DNA of 64,000 nucleotides from Candidatus Latescibacterota bacterium (GTDB lineage Bacteria; Latescibacterota; UBA2968; GCA-2709665): NCBI GenBank assembly GCA_965203805.1, contig OZ241917.1, positions 4,480,001 to 4,544,000 of the forward strand, read 5' to 3'. Shown piece by piece: positions 19,430 to 28,768 of this stretch (position 1 is its first letter; each line of letters starts with the position of its first letter). The notes under the pieces were generated by a model. It saw only the letters and a program-made list of their open reading frames with translations, ran no database searches and was not told where the DNA came from. The position numbers and the translations under genes were made by a program.

Positions 19430-20422
19430 ATGCCGGAAAAACTGCGTGTCGGAATCGTCGGATGCGGGGGGCAGACCCGCCTGAATCTTGCGCCGGGCGT
19501 CGCCCGCGTCGAATCGGCGCGTCTCGTGGCGTGTGCGGACGTGGACGAGGCCAGGGCGCGGCAGGTCGCCGAAACTTTCGGGATCGAAGCGGTGTACGAA
19601 TCTTCGGAGGACGTCACGGGCAGCGCCGGCGTGGACGCTGTGATCGTGGCTGTCCCGCACCGGTTCCTCAAGGACGTGGCGCTTTCGGCGATCGCCGCCG
19701 GGAAGCACGTGTTTATCGAGAAGCCGATGGGTCTGAATGCGGCGGAGGGCGCCGAGCTGGTGGAAGCCGCCGAAAGGCAGGGCGTGGTGGCGATGGTGGG
19801 CTATTGCATGCGCTATTCCCTCAGCCGGATGTACATCAAGTCTCTACTGAATCGGGGCGTGGTGGGAGACGTCAGCTTCGTGGCGGCCGGCAAGGGCGGC
19901 GGTCCCCTGGGCGGATGGCTCGGGGGTCCCTGGTCGGAGGGCGGCGGTCAGCTCTTCTTTCTGGGCTCCCACCTTACCGACCAGGTGCTCTGGATGACAG
20001 ACGACGAAGCCGAAGCCGTTTCGGGGACCGTACGATGGAACGCCGGCGGCACGGACGAGACGTCTGCCTACACCGTGCGACTGAAAGGGGGCGCCGTGGC
20101 CACGTTCTCCGTGTCCCAGGCCTCGGGGGTCGGGTACGATTTCGTGGACATTTTCGGAACGCAGGGACGCGTTCGGGGCGACTGGAAGGGCGACGTCGTG
20201 ACCGTGGAGAGCCGGGTGATCCCCGAATACGCGCACCCGACGGTCCTACGCATCCCGGGCGATAATCTTGAAGAAATGTGTTACCGCGAGTTGGCCGCGT
20301 TCGTCGAGGCGGCGCACTCGGGAGCATCTGCTCCCATCCCGATGTCGGACAGCCTGCGCGTGCTCCGGATCCTGGACGCGGTCGTCGCGTCGTCGAATGA
20401 GGGAAAATGGCTGGAGGTTTAG
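19430..20422 (+). CDS. Gfo/Idh/MocA family oxidoreductase
   Basis: VGIVGCG, GKHVFIEKPM; AGGAG RBS before ATG 19430. Confidence 0.92.
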   Translation: MPEKLRVGIVGCGGQTRLNLAPGVARVESARLVACADVDEARARQVAETFGIEAVYESSEDVTGSAGVDAVIVAVPHRFLKDVALSAIAAGKHVFIEKPMGLNAAEGAELVEAAERQGVVAMVGYCMRYSLSRMYIKSLLNRGVVGDVSFVAAGKGGGPLGGWLGGPWSEGGGQLFFLGSHLTDQVLWMTDDEAEAVSGTVRWNAGGTDETSAYTVRLKGGAVATFSVSQASGVGYDFVDIFGTQGRVRGDWKGDVVTVESRVIPEYAHPTVLRIPGDNLEEMCYRELAAFVEAAHSGASAPIPMSDSLRVLRILDAVVASSNEGKWLEV

Positions 20423-20500
20423 GGGGCGGAGACCCTCTCCCAAAGGCGGTGAGAGGGTAGACGTAAGAGGGGAGATTATACCTCAATCAAGGACACCTAC

Positions 20501-21694
20501 GTGCCATCCGTGATAACCAGCCAATGGAAAGATCACGCGGTGATCCGACTGAATCCGGACGGAGAACCGATTGAGCTTCCAGCCCGATCACAGATCGTGA
20601 CCGAGAGCTGGAACCGGGTGACGGCCGTGCCGCACATCGTCTACATGCCGGAGGTGGACCGGGTGCTGATGCTGCTGAGCTGCGACTACCCCGGCAGTCC
20701 GTGGGTACACTTCGCGATGGTGCTCTTCAGCGATGACCTCGGATCCACATGGAGCGATCCGGCCTGCGTACACACCGACGAAGAGGGCAACCCCGCCTGC
20801 GGGCTGGGTCACGGGCTGACGTATCTGGGCGGCGGCAGGTTGATGCTGTATTCATGCCACCCGCCGGCGAGGTGGTTCAGCGACGATTATGGAGCGACGT
20901 GGGGGGACACCGTGCCCGTGGCGCCGGCGCCGAACGGGAGAACGTGGATGGCCTGGGACCCGGTTCTGGTGGACAGAGATCCACAGTCGGGACGGGTAAC
21001 GCGGCTGATGGAAACCGGCTACTGGGGCGACGCCGGGACCATGGACTCGCAGGCCTACGTCAGATTCAGCGAGGACGGCGGCCGAACCTGGACCGGCGCA
21101 CATTATGTACCGGAGTTTGAAGGCGTTAACGAGGTCTGTCCCGTTCGAGCGAAAAACCGCGATATTGTCGCAACCTGCCGGACGGACCCCCCGGAGGCGC
21201 TCAAGCCCCATCGGTTCGATCACTATGAAGGGTTCGGAATATCCATCTCCCGGGACAATGGCTACACCTGGAGCGAGGTCCGGCAACTCTACGACTGGGG
21301 GCGCCATCACGCCAGTCTGTTGCTTCTGCCTTGTGGTCACATTGTAGCTACATACGTGGTGCGGCTGGGATATCCGGACACCGCTGACGGGTTTCCGCGT
21401 TTCGGCATCGAGGCGGTTGTGAGCCGCGACAACGGACAGACGTGGGAACTGGACCGCCGCTATGTCCTTGCCGAGTGGACCGGAAACAGGAAGGGATCGC
21501 CCTCGTCCGCGGGAAAGCTGCGCTCCGGCGGGTGGCATGCGAGCCCTCACACCACGTCCACTCAGGTGCTGCCGGACGGCTCGATCCTGACCGCCTACGG
21601 CACGGGGTATCGCCAGCGGGACGATGCTTTCGGACCCGGACTGTACGGCCCGCGGGACGTCGGCCTGATCAGGTGGAATATCGAAAGAGAATAG
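20501..21694 (+). CDS. Sialidase-like BNR/Asp-box repeat protein
   Basis: Repeated Asp-boxes SDDLGSTW, SDDYGATW, SEDGGRTW, SRDNGYTW and SRDNGQTW. Confidence 0.85.
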   Translation: MPSVITSQWKDHAVIRLNPDGEPIELPARSQIVTESWNRVTAVPHIVYMPEVDRVLMLLSCDYPGSPWVHFAMVLFSDDLGSTWSDPACVHTDEEGNPACGLGHGLTYLGGGRLMLYSCHPPARWFSDDYGATWGDTVPVAPAPNGRTWMAWDPVLVDRDPQSGRVTRLMETGYWGDAGTMDSQAYVRFSEDGGRTWTGAHYVPEFEGVNEVCPVRAKNRDIVATCRTDPPEALKPHRFDHYEGFGISISRDNGYTWSEVRQLYDWGRHHASLLLLPCGHIVATYVVRLGYPDTADGFPRFGIEAVVSRDNGQTWELDRRYVLAEWTGNRKGSPSSAGKLRSGGWHASPHTTSTQVLPDGSILTAYGTGYRQRDDAFGPGLYGPRDVGLIRWNIERE

Positions 21695-21772
21695 ATCCAC
21701 GGGGCCGGCTGCATCGGCGCGTTTCCGCAAAATCACTGAATAGGCTGGTTCGGCACGGAGAAAGGGGCGGGT

Positions 21773-22543
21773 ATGATCAGCGATCAACAGGTCGAATTCT
21801 TCCGGACATTCGGCTTTCTTCCGCTGCGCGAGGCATTCGGCCGGGAGGAGATGGCCGCCATCGGCGACACGTTCGACGACATGCTGGAAAAAGACCGCGA
21901 GGGTCAGCCTTTTCCGGGCGAGATACGACAGGCGCTCTATGGAATCGCCGAGCGCAACCCTCTGCTGACGGAACTCGTCGAGGACGACCGCATCTATGAA
22001 ACCGCGGGGCGCCTGCTGGGCCCCGGGTTTCACTGGCTGTGTTCCGAGGGCAATCTGTACGTGGGCGAAACGGAATGGCATCCCGACGGCAGCCGGCTGA
22101 ACTATCCGCCGATGAAGGTCTCTCTGTATCTGGATGCCCTTACAAAGAGTACGGGCTGCCTGCGGGTGATCCCCGGATCGCACCGGTTGCCGTTTCACGA
22201 GGCGCTGAGGCCCATGGAAAAGATGGGTGTGCCCGGCGCGGAGGTGCCGTGCTATTTCCTGGAATCCAGTCCGGGAGACGTTCTGTTCCTGAACATGAAC
22301 ATCTGGCATGCGGCGTACGGCGGCGCCGCGGGACGACGCCACCTGGCGGTGAATTTCGTTCCCGAGGCCACGGAACCCGAGCACGTCGAGATCCTGAAGA
22401 GGAACCACCGGGTCCTGATTGACCTGATGGCGCGGTTCCAGTACAGCCAACCGGGCCGGGCCTTTACCGACGACTTTCTGAACAGCGAAAAGCCGCGTAT
22501 CCGCCGCATGGCCGCGAAGTGGGTGGAACTCGGACTGCAATAG
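21773..22543 (+). CDS. Phytanoyl-CoA dioxygenase (PhyH) family protein
   Basis: WHPD, GCLRVIPGSH, PGDVLF and WHA motifs. Confidence 0.9.
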   Translation: MISDQQVEFFRTFGFLPLREAFGREEMAAIGDTFDDMLEKDREGQPFPGEIRQALYGIAERNPLLTELVEDDRIYETAGRLLGPGFHWLCSEGNLYVGETEWHPDGSRLNYPPMKVSLYLDALTKSTGCLRVIPGSHRLPFHEALRPMEKMGVPGAEVPCYFLESSPGDVLFLNMNIWHAAYGGAAGRRHLAVNFVPEATEPEHVEILKRNHRVLIDLMARFQYSQPGRAFTDDFLNSEKPRIRRMAAKWVELGLQ

Positions 22544-22571
22544 ACCTGGCGGAGGCCCTTGGGTGACCGGA

Positions 22572-23543
22572 ATGCGCAAAGAAATCCGGATTTCCGAACG
22601 GGACGGTTTCGCCAGAAGAAACTTTCCCTGTACGATGAAGATGGGCTTTGAATCCGGCGAGTTTCCGGCGGACGGTTCTGCGCGAATGCTGGACGCGAAA
22701 GGCGAACCCCGTCCCGTCCAGGTGGACGTCCTGGATTCCTGGGACGACGGCAGCATGAGGACCGCGGAGGTCTCGTTTCCGGCGCGGCTGCCTGCCGGGG
22801 GGGAGGAAGTCCTTGCATTCGAGTTCGGAGACGGGACGCCGCCGCCCCCGCGGCAGACGAATCCGATCAAGGTCCGCGATCGCAAGGACCCGATCGAGGT
22901 GCAGCAGGGGCCCGTGATCTACCAGGTCCGGAAATGGCGATTCAACTTCGTGGAAAACGTGATCTTCGATGGCAGGGCGTTTCACGGACCGGGAGCGCCG
23001 GGGCCGGCGCTTCTCCGCAAGGACGGCAGGATCCTGTTTCCGTCCGGCGAGGTCCGGATCGATATCCAGACGCGAGGTCCGAGGTCGGCCCGCCTCCGAG
23101 TGGACGGGACCTACGGCGGCGGATACGAGTTTGTCGCGTATCTGACCTTTTATTCGGGCGTTTCCTGGTTCAAGGCGGAACACGAGATCGTATCGGGCGA
23201 TGTGTCGCAAATTGCGTCAGTCGTCTTCGAAAGCACGTTCAACCTGCCGGATGCGCCGCTTGTCTGCGCGTTCGGAGCACGTCAACGGGCCGATGGCGAA
23301 GGTACGAGCTGGGCCGTGGTCACGGACAATGCGGCGACGGTGGACGTTGCGGCTGTTGGCGCGTGGTCCGGGAAGGACGCCGTCCGCTACGAAGTCGAAG
23401 CCAACGGGCGCTTCCGGACGCTGTTTCCCTGCCTCGAGAAACCCGCGATCCTGTATATGCATTACCTGACGACTCCCCCGATGGACCATCATCATACGCC
23501 GGCGGCGGCGATGGCCACGGACCCGGAGTGCCAGGTGATATAA
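22572..23543 (+). CDS. Hypothetical protein resembling the N-terminal domains of exo-rhamnogalacturonan lyase (YetA/PcRGLX-like)
   Basis: EPRPVQVDVLDSWDDGSMRTAEVSF and GPRSARLRVDG segments; no catalytic barrel visible. Confidence 0.45.
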   Translation: MRKEIRISERDGFARRNFPCTMKMGFESGEFPADGSARMLDAKGEPRPVQVDVLDSWDDGSMRTAEVSFPARLPAGGEEVLAFEFGDGTPPPPRQTNPIKVRDRKDPIEVQQGPVIYQVRKWRFNFVENVIFDGRAFHGPGAPGPALLRKDGRILFPSGEVRIDIQTRGPRSARLRVDGTYGGGYEFVAYLTFYSGVSWFKAEHEIVSGDVSQIASVVFESTFNLPDAPLVCAFGARQRADGEGTSWAVVTDNAATVDVAAVGAWSGKDAVRYEVEANGRFRTLFPCLEKPAILYMHYLTTPPMDHHHTPAAAMATDPECQVI

Positions 23544-23562
23544 CGCTGAGACGGGCGCAATC

Positions 23563-24615
23563 GTGAGCGAAACGACCTACCGCGTGGGAATCATCGGCTG
23601 CGGCCGCATGGCCAGTACGATGGACGACGAGAAGCGGACCCAGCCGGGCCGGGTCCCCCAGCCCGGGGTCCTGGCTGCCGCCTACGGTCAGGCGGAGCGG
23701 ACAGAGGTGGTGGCCGCCGCCGACATCAACCGGGACCGGCTGGCCGACTTCTCCACCCGCTGGGGAGTCGGGCGTCTCTATGCCGACTATCGCGACATGC
23801 TGCAGGCGGAATCGCTGGACATCGTCAGCGTTGCCACGCACGCGAACCTGCACGCGGAGATGACGGTGGCGGCCGCCGAAGCGGGTGCGCAGGCCGTCCT
23901 GTGCGAGAAAGCGATGGCAACCAGCCTTCGCGACGCGGACCGGATGATCGACGCGTGCCGGAAGTCCGGAACCATTCTGTCCGTTCTCTATCACAACCGG
24001 TGGGACCCCCTGATGGTCCGCGTGAAGGAACTGGTTCGGGAAGGTACGATCGGGGAGTTGATCAGCATTGCGGGCAACATGGGCCCCGAACTGGTGCACG
24101 AGGCGACGCACATGTTCGACCTGATGCGGTTCTGGTCCGGCGATGAGGTGGCCTGGGTGTTCGGGCAGCTGGACGGGGGGCGGGATCCGGCAGATGATCC
24201 GGGGGGAAGCGGGTATATCCGATTCAAAAGGGGGATGCACGCCTTTGTGAACGCTGTTGAGGGATCTCCTGTGGGATTCGAGTTCGATCTGGTGGGTACC
24301 AGGGGGAGGATCCGCATCGGCTACCACGTGGACGAACTCTGGACCGTGGAGGAAGGCCTGTACGAAGGACGGGCCCTGCTGGGGCGGAAAATCCCGCAGA
24401 ATATTGAAGCAAGGAGCGGCGTCGTCAAGGCGATCGAGGACCTGGTAACGTGCATCGAAGCGGGAAGCGCGCCTTCCTGCACGGGCGAGGATGGGCGCAA
24501 GGCGCTGGAAATCGCGCTTGCCTTTCACGTTTCCCACCGCGAAGGCGGCGCGAAAGTCGAATTGCCGCTGCAGGACACCTCTCTGTCGGTGACGAATCCG
24601 AAATATTATAGTTGA
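23563..24615 (+). CDS. Gfo/Idh/MocA family oxidoreductase
   Basis: VGIIGCGRMA, AVLCEKAMA and HMFDL motifs. Confidence 0.92.
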   Translation: MSETTYRVGIIGCGRMASTMDDEKRTQPGRVPQPGVLAAAYGQAERTEVVAAADINRDRLADFSTRWGVGRLYADYRDMLQAESLDIVSVATHANLHAEMTVAAAEAGAQAVLCEKAMATSLRDADRMIDACRKSGTILSVLYHNRWDPLMVRVKELVREGTIGELISIAGNMGPELVHEATHMFDLMRFWSGDEVAWVFGQLDGGRDPADDPGGSGYIRFKRGMHAFVNAVEGSPVGFEFDLVGTRGRIRIGYHVDELWTVEEGLYEGRALLGRKIPQNIEARSGVVKAIEDLVTCIEAGSAPSCTGEDGRKALEIALAFHVSHREGGAKVELPLQDTSLSVTNPKYYS

Positions 24616-24706
24616 TATAGAGCGGCTATCAGCTGTCAGCAATCAGCATTCAGCCGAACCCGGTCAGCGATACGGCCTGCCGACCTCAATTTGCGATGTC
24701 TGGACA

Positions 24707-24756
24707 CCCTCACCCCCCAACCCCCTCTCCCGGGGGGAGAGGGGGAGAAAGCCAGG
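24707..24756. repeat. CCCTCTCCC...GGGAGAGGG palindromic intergenic repeat, copy 1
   Basis: CCCCCAACCCCCTCTCCCGGGGGGAGAGGGGGAGAAA is identical to the copy at ~41308; a degenerate copy lies at ~20432-20457. Confidence 0.8.
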
Positions 24757-24817
24757 AAAACTGGCCTCAAACGGAGACACAAAGACACAGAGAAGATCTG
24801 GAAACAACGTCAAAGGC

Positions 24818-24842
24818 GGGCGACCACAAGGGTCGCCCCTAC
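24818..24842 (-). repeat. GTAG-type REP element
   Basis: Minus strand GTAG-GGGCGACC-CTTGT-GGTCGCCC. Confidence 0.75.
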
Positions 24843-24892
24843 GCATAAAATATGAACACGGTTGGAGGTAGGGTTTATCTCGTGGCACTGGC

Positions 24893-24929
24893 TTGACACA
24901 GGAATAATATATACATACATTGTATGTAT
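24893..24929 (+). promoter_or_regulatory. brnTA promoter with palindromic operator, probably leaderless
   Basis: TTGACA-N17-TACATT; inverted repeat ATACATACA-T-TGTATGTAT; ATG 7 nt after the -10 box. Confidence 0.7.
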
Positions 24930-25221
24930 GAATAGAATCGGGTTTGTATGGGACGAGCGAAAGGAAAGGGCGAACTTCAGGAAACACCGGGTCTCGTTCG
25001 ATGAAGCACGTACGGCTTTCTACGATGAAAACGCGGTACAATTCTTCGATCCCGACCATTCGGAAGACGAGGACCGGTTCCTGCTCCTGGGAATGAGCTT
25101 CAAACTGCGCGTGCTCGTCGTCTGCCATTGCTTTCGAGAGCAGGAAACGCTCATACGCATCATCTCGGCGAGAAAGGCCAACAAGACGGAAGTCGGTGAC
25201 TATTGGAGGAAACGCTCATGA
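24928..25221 (+). CDS. brnT: BrnT family toxin
   Basis: FVWDERKERANFRKHRVSFDEA...HSEDEDRF...IRIISARKA. Confidence 0.93.
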   Translation: MNRIGFVWDERKERANFRKHRVSFDEARTAFYDENAVQFFDPDHSEDEDRFLLLGMSFKLRVLVVCHCFREQETLIRIISARKANKTEVGDYWRKRS

Positions 25222-25436
25222 GAGACCACTATGATTTCTCAGAAATGGAGGGACGTAAGAATCCCTACGTCAAGCACCTGAAGCAGCCGGTCACCATGCG
25301 GCTCGATCGGGACACGGTCTCCTATTTCAAGGATATGGCGGCGGAAGAAGGGATACCGTACCAGACCCTGATCAATCTCTACCTTCGCGATTGCGCGGTC
25401 CATAAGCGAAAGCTGCGGATGAAGTGGGCGACGTAG
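25218..25436 (+). CDS. brnA: BrnA-type antitoxin
   Basis: YDFS...KNPY...VTMRLD...GIPYQTLINLYL; ATGA overlap with brnT. Confidence 0.9.
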   Translation: MRDHYDFSEMEGRKNPYVKHLKQPVTMRLDRDTVSYFKDMAAEEGIPYQTLINLYLRDCAVHKRKLRMKWAT

Positions 25437-25460
25437 CGATCAGTTCTCACCGGTATTGTT

Positions 25461-25484
25461 GTAGGGGCGGTTCGCGAACCGCCC
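25461..25484 (+). repeat. GTAG-type REP element
   Basis: GTAG-GGGCGGTTC-GC-GAACCGCCC. Confidence 0.75.
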
Positions 25485-25528
25485 GCGGGATTTTTGTACC
25501 TGCAAGGTTGATCGAAAGGAGATGCTGG

Positions 25529-27934
25529 ATGATCGGAATTATGGTCATTATTGGTGCGGTCTTGCTGCTCGCGGCAACGCCGCGTCATGCCGCGGCCCGG
25601 CAGCCCGAGCTCGACGAGACGCCCGCGCGGCCCGGCGAGTGGGGGTTCCGCCCCGCCGGCGGGAGCGTCTCGCAGGTGACGCCGCCCGGGTTTTCATGGC
25701 GGCCGCAGAAGGATGCCGCCAGCTACGACGTTCAGTGCGCGCGGGACAGCGGCTTTGGAGACGTGGCGTACGAAGCGAGCGGCGTGACGTTCAACGTCCA
25801 CTGTCCGCCACAAACATTGGCCCCTGGCCGCTGGTTCTGGCGATTCCGCTCTCACGATGCGTCGGGCGCGGTTTCGGACTGGAGCCGGGGGCGGGCGTTT
25901 ACGATTGCATCAGACGCAAACGCGCTCCCGCTTCCTTCGCGCGAAGACCTGCTGGCGCGCATTCCGGCCGGACATCCGCGGCTGTTCGTACGGCCGGAAC
26001 AGATACCGGAACTGCGGCGGCGTGCCGGTACGGATCTGGCGGACAAATATGAGGAACTCGTGGCCGCCTCGGAGAAGCTGCTCGCGAATCCGCCGCCCAC
26101 CGAGGAGCCGCCGCTCTACCCCGAAGGCACGGTGCGGCTGAGCGAGGAGTGGCGGGCCATCTGGTGGCCGAACCGGGAGTATACCATTGCCGCGCTGAAC
26201 GGCGCGGCGACCCTGGCCTTCACCCGGCTGTTGGGCGGGCGCGAGGAATACGGGGAACTCGCCCGGGAGATCCTGATGGCCTGCGCCGAATGGGATCCGA
26301 AGGGGGCAACGGGATTCAAGTATAACGACGAAGCCGGGATGCCCTACGCGTACTATTTCTCCCGGACGTACAGCTACCTCAACGATCTGCTGACGGAGGA
26401 GGAGCGGGAGAAGTGCCGGGTGGTGATGAGGATCCGGGGGCTGGAAATGGACGCGCATCTGAATCCGCGCTTCCTCTGGCGTCCGTACGGGAGTCACGAT
26501 ACCCGGTCCTGGCATTTTCTCGGTGAGGTGGGCATCGCGTTTCTGAATGAGATTCCCGAAGCCGAGGACTGGGTGTGGTTCGCCGCGAACGTGTTCGCCA
26601 ACACGTATCCGGTCTGGAGCGATGACGATGGGGGCTGGCACCAGGGCATGGGCTACTGGCGGAGTTACATCCAGCGGTTTACCTGGTGGGCGGACATCAT
26701 GCGCGAGGCCATGGGCGTCGATGCCTTCGATAAGCCCTATTTCTCAAAGGTCGGCTACTATCCGATGTACCTCCAGCCGCCCGGTACACGGGGAGGCGGA
26801 TTCGGAGACCTGACGGCGCATCTTGTCTCCGCGCAGAACCGGGGCGTGATGGCCCTCTTCGCGGCGATGGCGCGGAATCCGTACTGGCAGTGGTACGTCG
26901 AAGCGCATGGTGAGCTTCCATCCGAGCCCGGCTATATCGGATTTGTCCGGGGGGCCCTTCCGCGGGTGGTGGCGAAGCGGCCGGTCGACCTGCCCACGTC
27001 ACGCGTTTTCCGGGGGACGGGCCAGGCCGTGTTCAATACCAATCTGGAGGATGCCCGCAACAACGTTGAGCTGATCTTCAAGAGCAGCCCGCTCGGATCT
27101 CACAGCCACGGATACGAAGCCCAGAATGCGTTCCTCCTCTATGCCTTCGGAGAGCGGCTGCTGATTCGCACGGGTAGACGGGACATCCACGGCAGCGAGC
27201 ATCACAAGCGCTGGATGCACCATACGAAATCGGTGAACTGCATCACCGTGAACGGAGACGGGCAGTTGCCGAACTCCAGCGACGCGCTGGGGGAAATCCT
27301 GGATTTCCACACGTCGGCGCAATTCGATTACGTATCGGGAGAGGCGTCCCGCGCGTACGCGGGCAAACTGGAGCGGTTCACCCGGCGCATCCTGTTCGTG
27401 AAACCGGAAGCGGTCCTCATCTTCGATACGGTGCGCGCGCCCGAGCCCGCGCAGTTCGAGTGGCGGCTGCACGCGCCCGTGGAGATGGACGTTCGGGACC
27501 AGCAGGACGTTCGTGTGATCAACGGGGCCGCCGGTTGCCGGGTGTCGTTTCTGTGGCCGGACGGGTTGAAACTGGATCAGACCGACCGGTTTGATCCTCC
27601 GCCCCGCGCCCGCATCAAACTGGTGGAGTACCACCTGACGGCAACACCCTCCGCGCCCGCACGCGAACGTACATTCGTGACGCTTCTCAGGCCCCACCGG
27701 TCCGCCGACGTGTTGGTCGGCGACGCGGAACTCGTGGAGATCCACGGCGGGTACGCGGTCACGATTCCCCTGGCGGAAGGCAGCGCGGGCGTGGTCCTTC
27801 AGGCATCCGGAGGCAGCGTCCTGGAAGGGGCGGGCCTCAGGACCGACGGCGAGGTCGGCGCGGCCACGTTCGATGATCAGGGAGACGTCAAAGAGACGTT
27901 TGTGGCGTCAGGCACGGTAATAGAAGCTCCTTGA
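25529..27934 (+). CDS. DUF4962 plus heparinase II/III domain polysaccharide lyase, exported
   Basis: Signal peptide; PPGFSW, HPRLF, GGWHQGMGYW, FGD and SHSHGYEAQNAFLLYAFGE motifs. Confidence 0.85.
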   Translation: MIGIMVIIGAVLLLAATPRHAAARQPELDETPARPGEWGFRPAGGSVSQVTPPGFSWRPQKDAASYDVQCARDSGFGDVAYEASGVTFNVHCPPQTLAPGRWFWRFRSHDASGAVSDWSRGRAFTIASDANALPLPSREDLLARIPAGHPRLFVRPEQIPELRRRAGTDLADKYEELVAASEKLLANPPPTEEPPLYPEGTVRLSEEWRAIWWPNREYTIAALNGAATLAFTRLLGGREEYGELAREILMACAEWDPKGATGFKYNDEAGMPYAYYFSRTYSYLNDLLTEEEREKCRVVMRIRGLEMDAHLNPRFLWRPYGSHDTRSWHFLGEVGIAFLNEIPEAEDWVWFAANVFANTYPVWSDDDGGWHQGMGYWRSYIQRFTWWADIMREAMGVDAFDKPYFSKVGYYPMYLQPPGTRGGGFGDLTAHLVSAQNRGVMALFAAMARNPYWQWYVEAHGELPSEPGYIGFVRGALPRVVAKRPVDLPTSRVFRGTGQAVFNTNLEDARNNVELIFKSSPLGSHSHGYEAQNAFLLYAFGERLLIRTGRRDIHGSEHHKRWMHHTKSVNCITVNGDGQLPNSSDALGEILDFHTSAQFDYVSGEASRAYAGKLERFTRRILFVKPEAVLIFDTVRAPEPAQFEWRLHAPVEMDVRDQQDVRVINGAAGCRVSFLWPDGLKLDQTDRFDPPPRARIKLVEYHLTATPSAPARERTFVTLLRPHRSADVLVGDAELVEIHGGYAVTIPLAEGSAGVVLQASGGSVLEGAGLRTDGEVGAATFDDQGDVKETFVASGTVIEAP

Positions 27935-28039
27935 TTACCGTCGACAAAGAGAGAAGATGCATTTGCATTACGGTCGAAATTGTAGGATACTAACCGGCGC
28001 CGCTTCGCTGTGCACGGCCGCAACCCAATAAGGATACGA

Positions 28040-28288
28040 ATGCCGCTATACATGTATCCGGACATCTATGCGTCCGGATCGGTACCGAAGAATTGGATGC
28101 CCGCCCGGGGAGGTACCCTCAAGTACCCGGTGCGCAATCGGGCGGTCCTTCGGGAATTGCGGCGACTGCGTCGCAGCCGGTGGAGAAAGGTAATTCGACA
28201 GGGAGATTTCGGTGACGCTCATTACTTCGAACATGAATCCGGCAATGTTGCCGGCGTGAAGTTTCATCCTGGGACCAGGACTCCATGA
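28040..28288 (+). CDS. Small basic protein resembling a polymorphic-toxin C-terminal domain
   Basis: ELRRL...WRKVIRQG...HYFEHESGNVAGVKF; AAGGA RBS; ATGA coupling to the downstream DUF3969-like gene. Confidence 0.5.
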   Translation: MPLYMYPDIYASGSVPKNWMPARGGTLKYPVRNRAVLRELRRLRRSRWRKVIRQGDFGDAHYFEHESGNVAGVKFHPGTRTP

Positions 28289-28662
28289 CACAGAACGATC
28301 CATTTCGTATTGTGCTATCGGACGCGGGTCGTGACCCGGGTGCGCCACACCAGTTGGAATTCTTCGCACTGTTGAATCTCGGTCTGGTGCAGTCATTGGC
28401 CAGCGGAATTCTCGGTGCAACAGAAGCCATTCAGCGCTTTTACCACTCGGACAACTGTCTCTACGTCCGAAGGCAACTTCGAAACCGCGAGGCCAATGCG
28501 GTTATGAGCCGTGGAGTACAATTGCCCGATCTTTTTGAAAGTTTGCCTGCAGAGGAGGCACAGCGCGAATTCCTTCACGAACTTGAGATGATGCGGTCTC
28601 TGTGTCTGAAGCTCCTCGAGAAAGTACGATCGCCCTCCGCACCGGGACGTGCGACTGCATAG
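28285..28662 (+). CDS. DUF3969-like putative immunity protein
   Basis: LLNLGLVQSLASG...EAIQRFY...GVQLPDLFESLP pattern recalled as DUF3969. Confidence 0.6.
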   Translation: MTQNDPFRIVLSDAGRDPGAPHQLEFFALLNLGLVQSLASGILGATEAIQRFYHSDNCLYVRRQLRNREANAVMSRGVQLPDLFESLPAEEAQREFLHELEMMRSLCLKLLEKVRSPSAPGRATA

Positions 28663-28768
28663 GGATCGCACAGAACACCGGCTTGACTCTTGACGTGACA
28701 CAAAGAGATTTTCTATTTTCGATCTCCCCCAGAGAAGCAATGCTGGGGGATTCTTTGAGGTGAAGACA

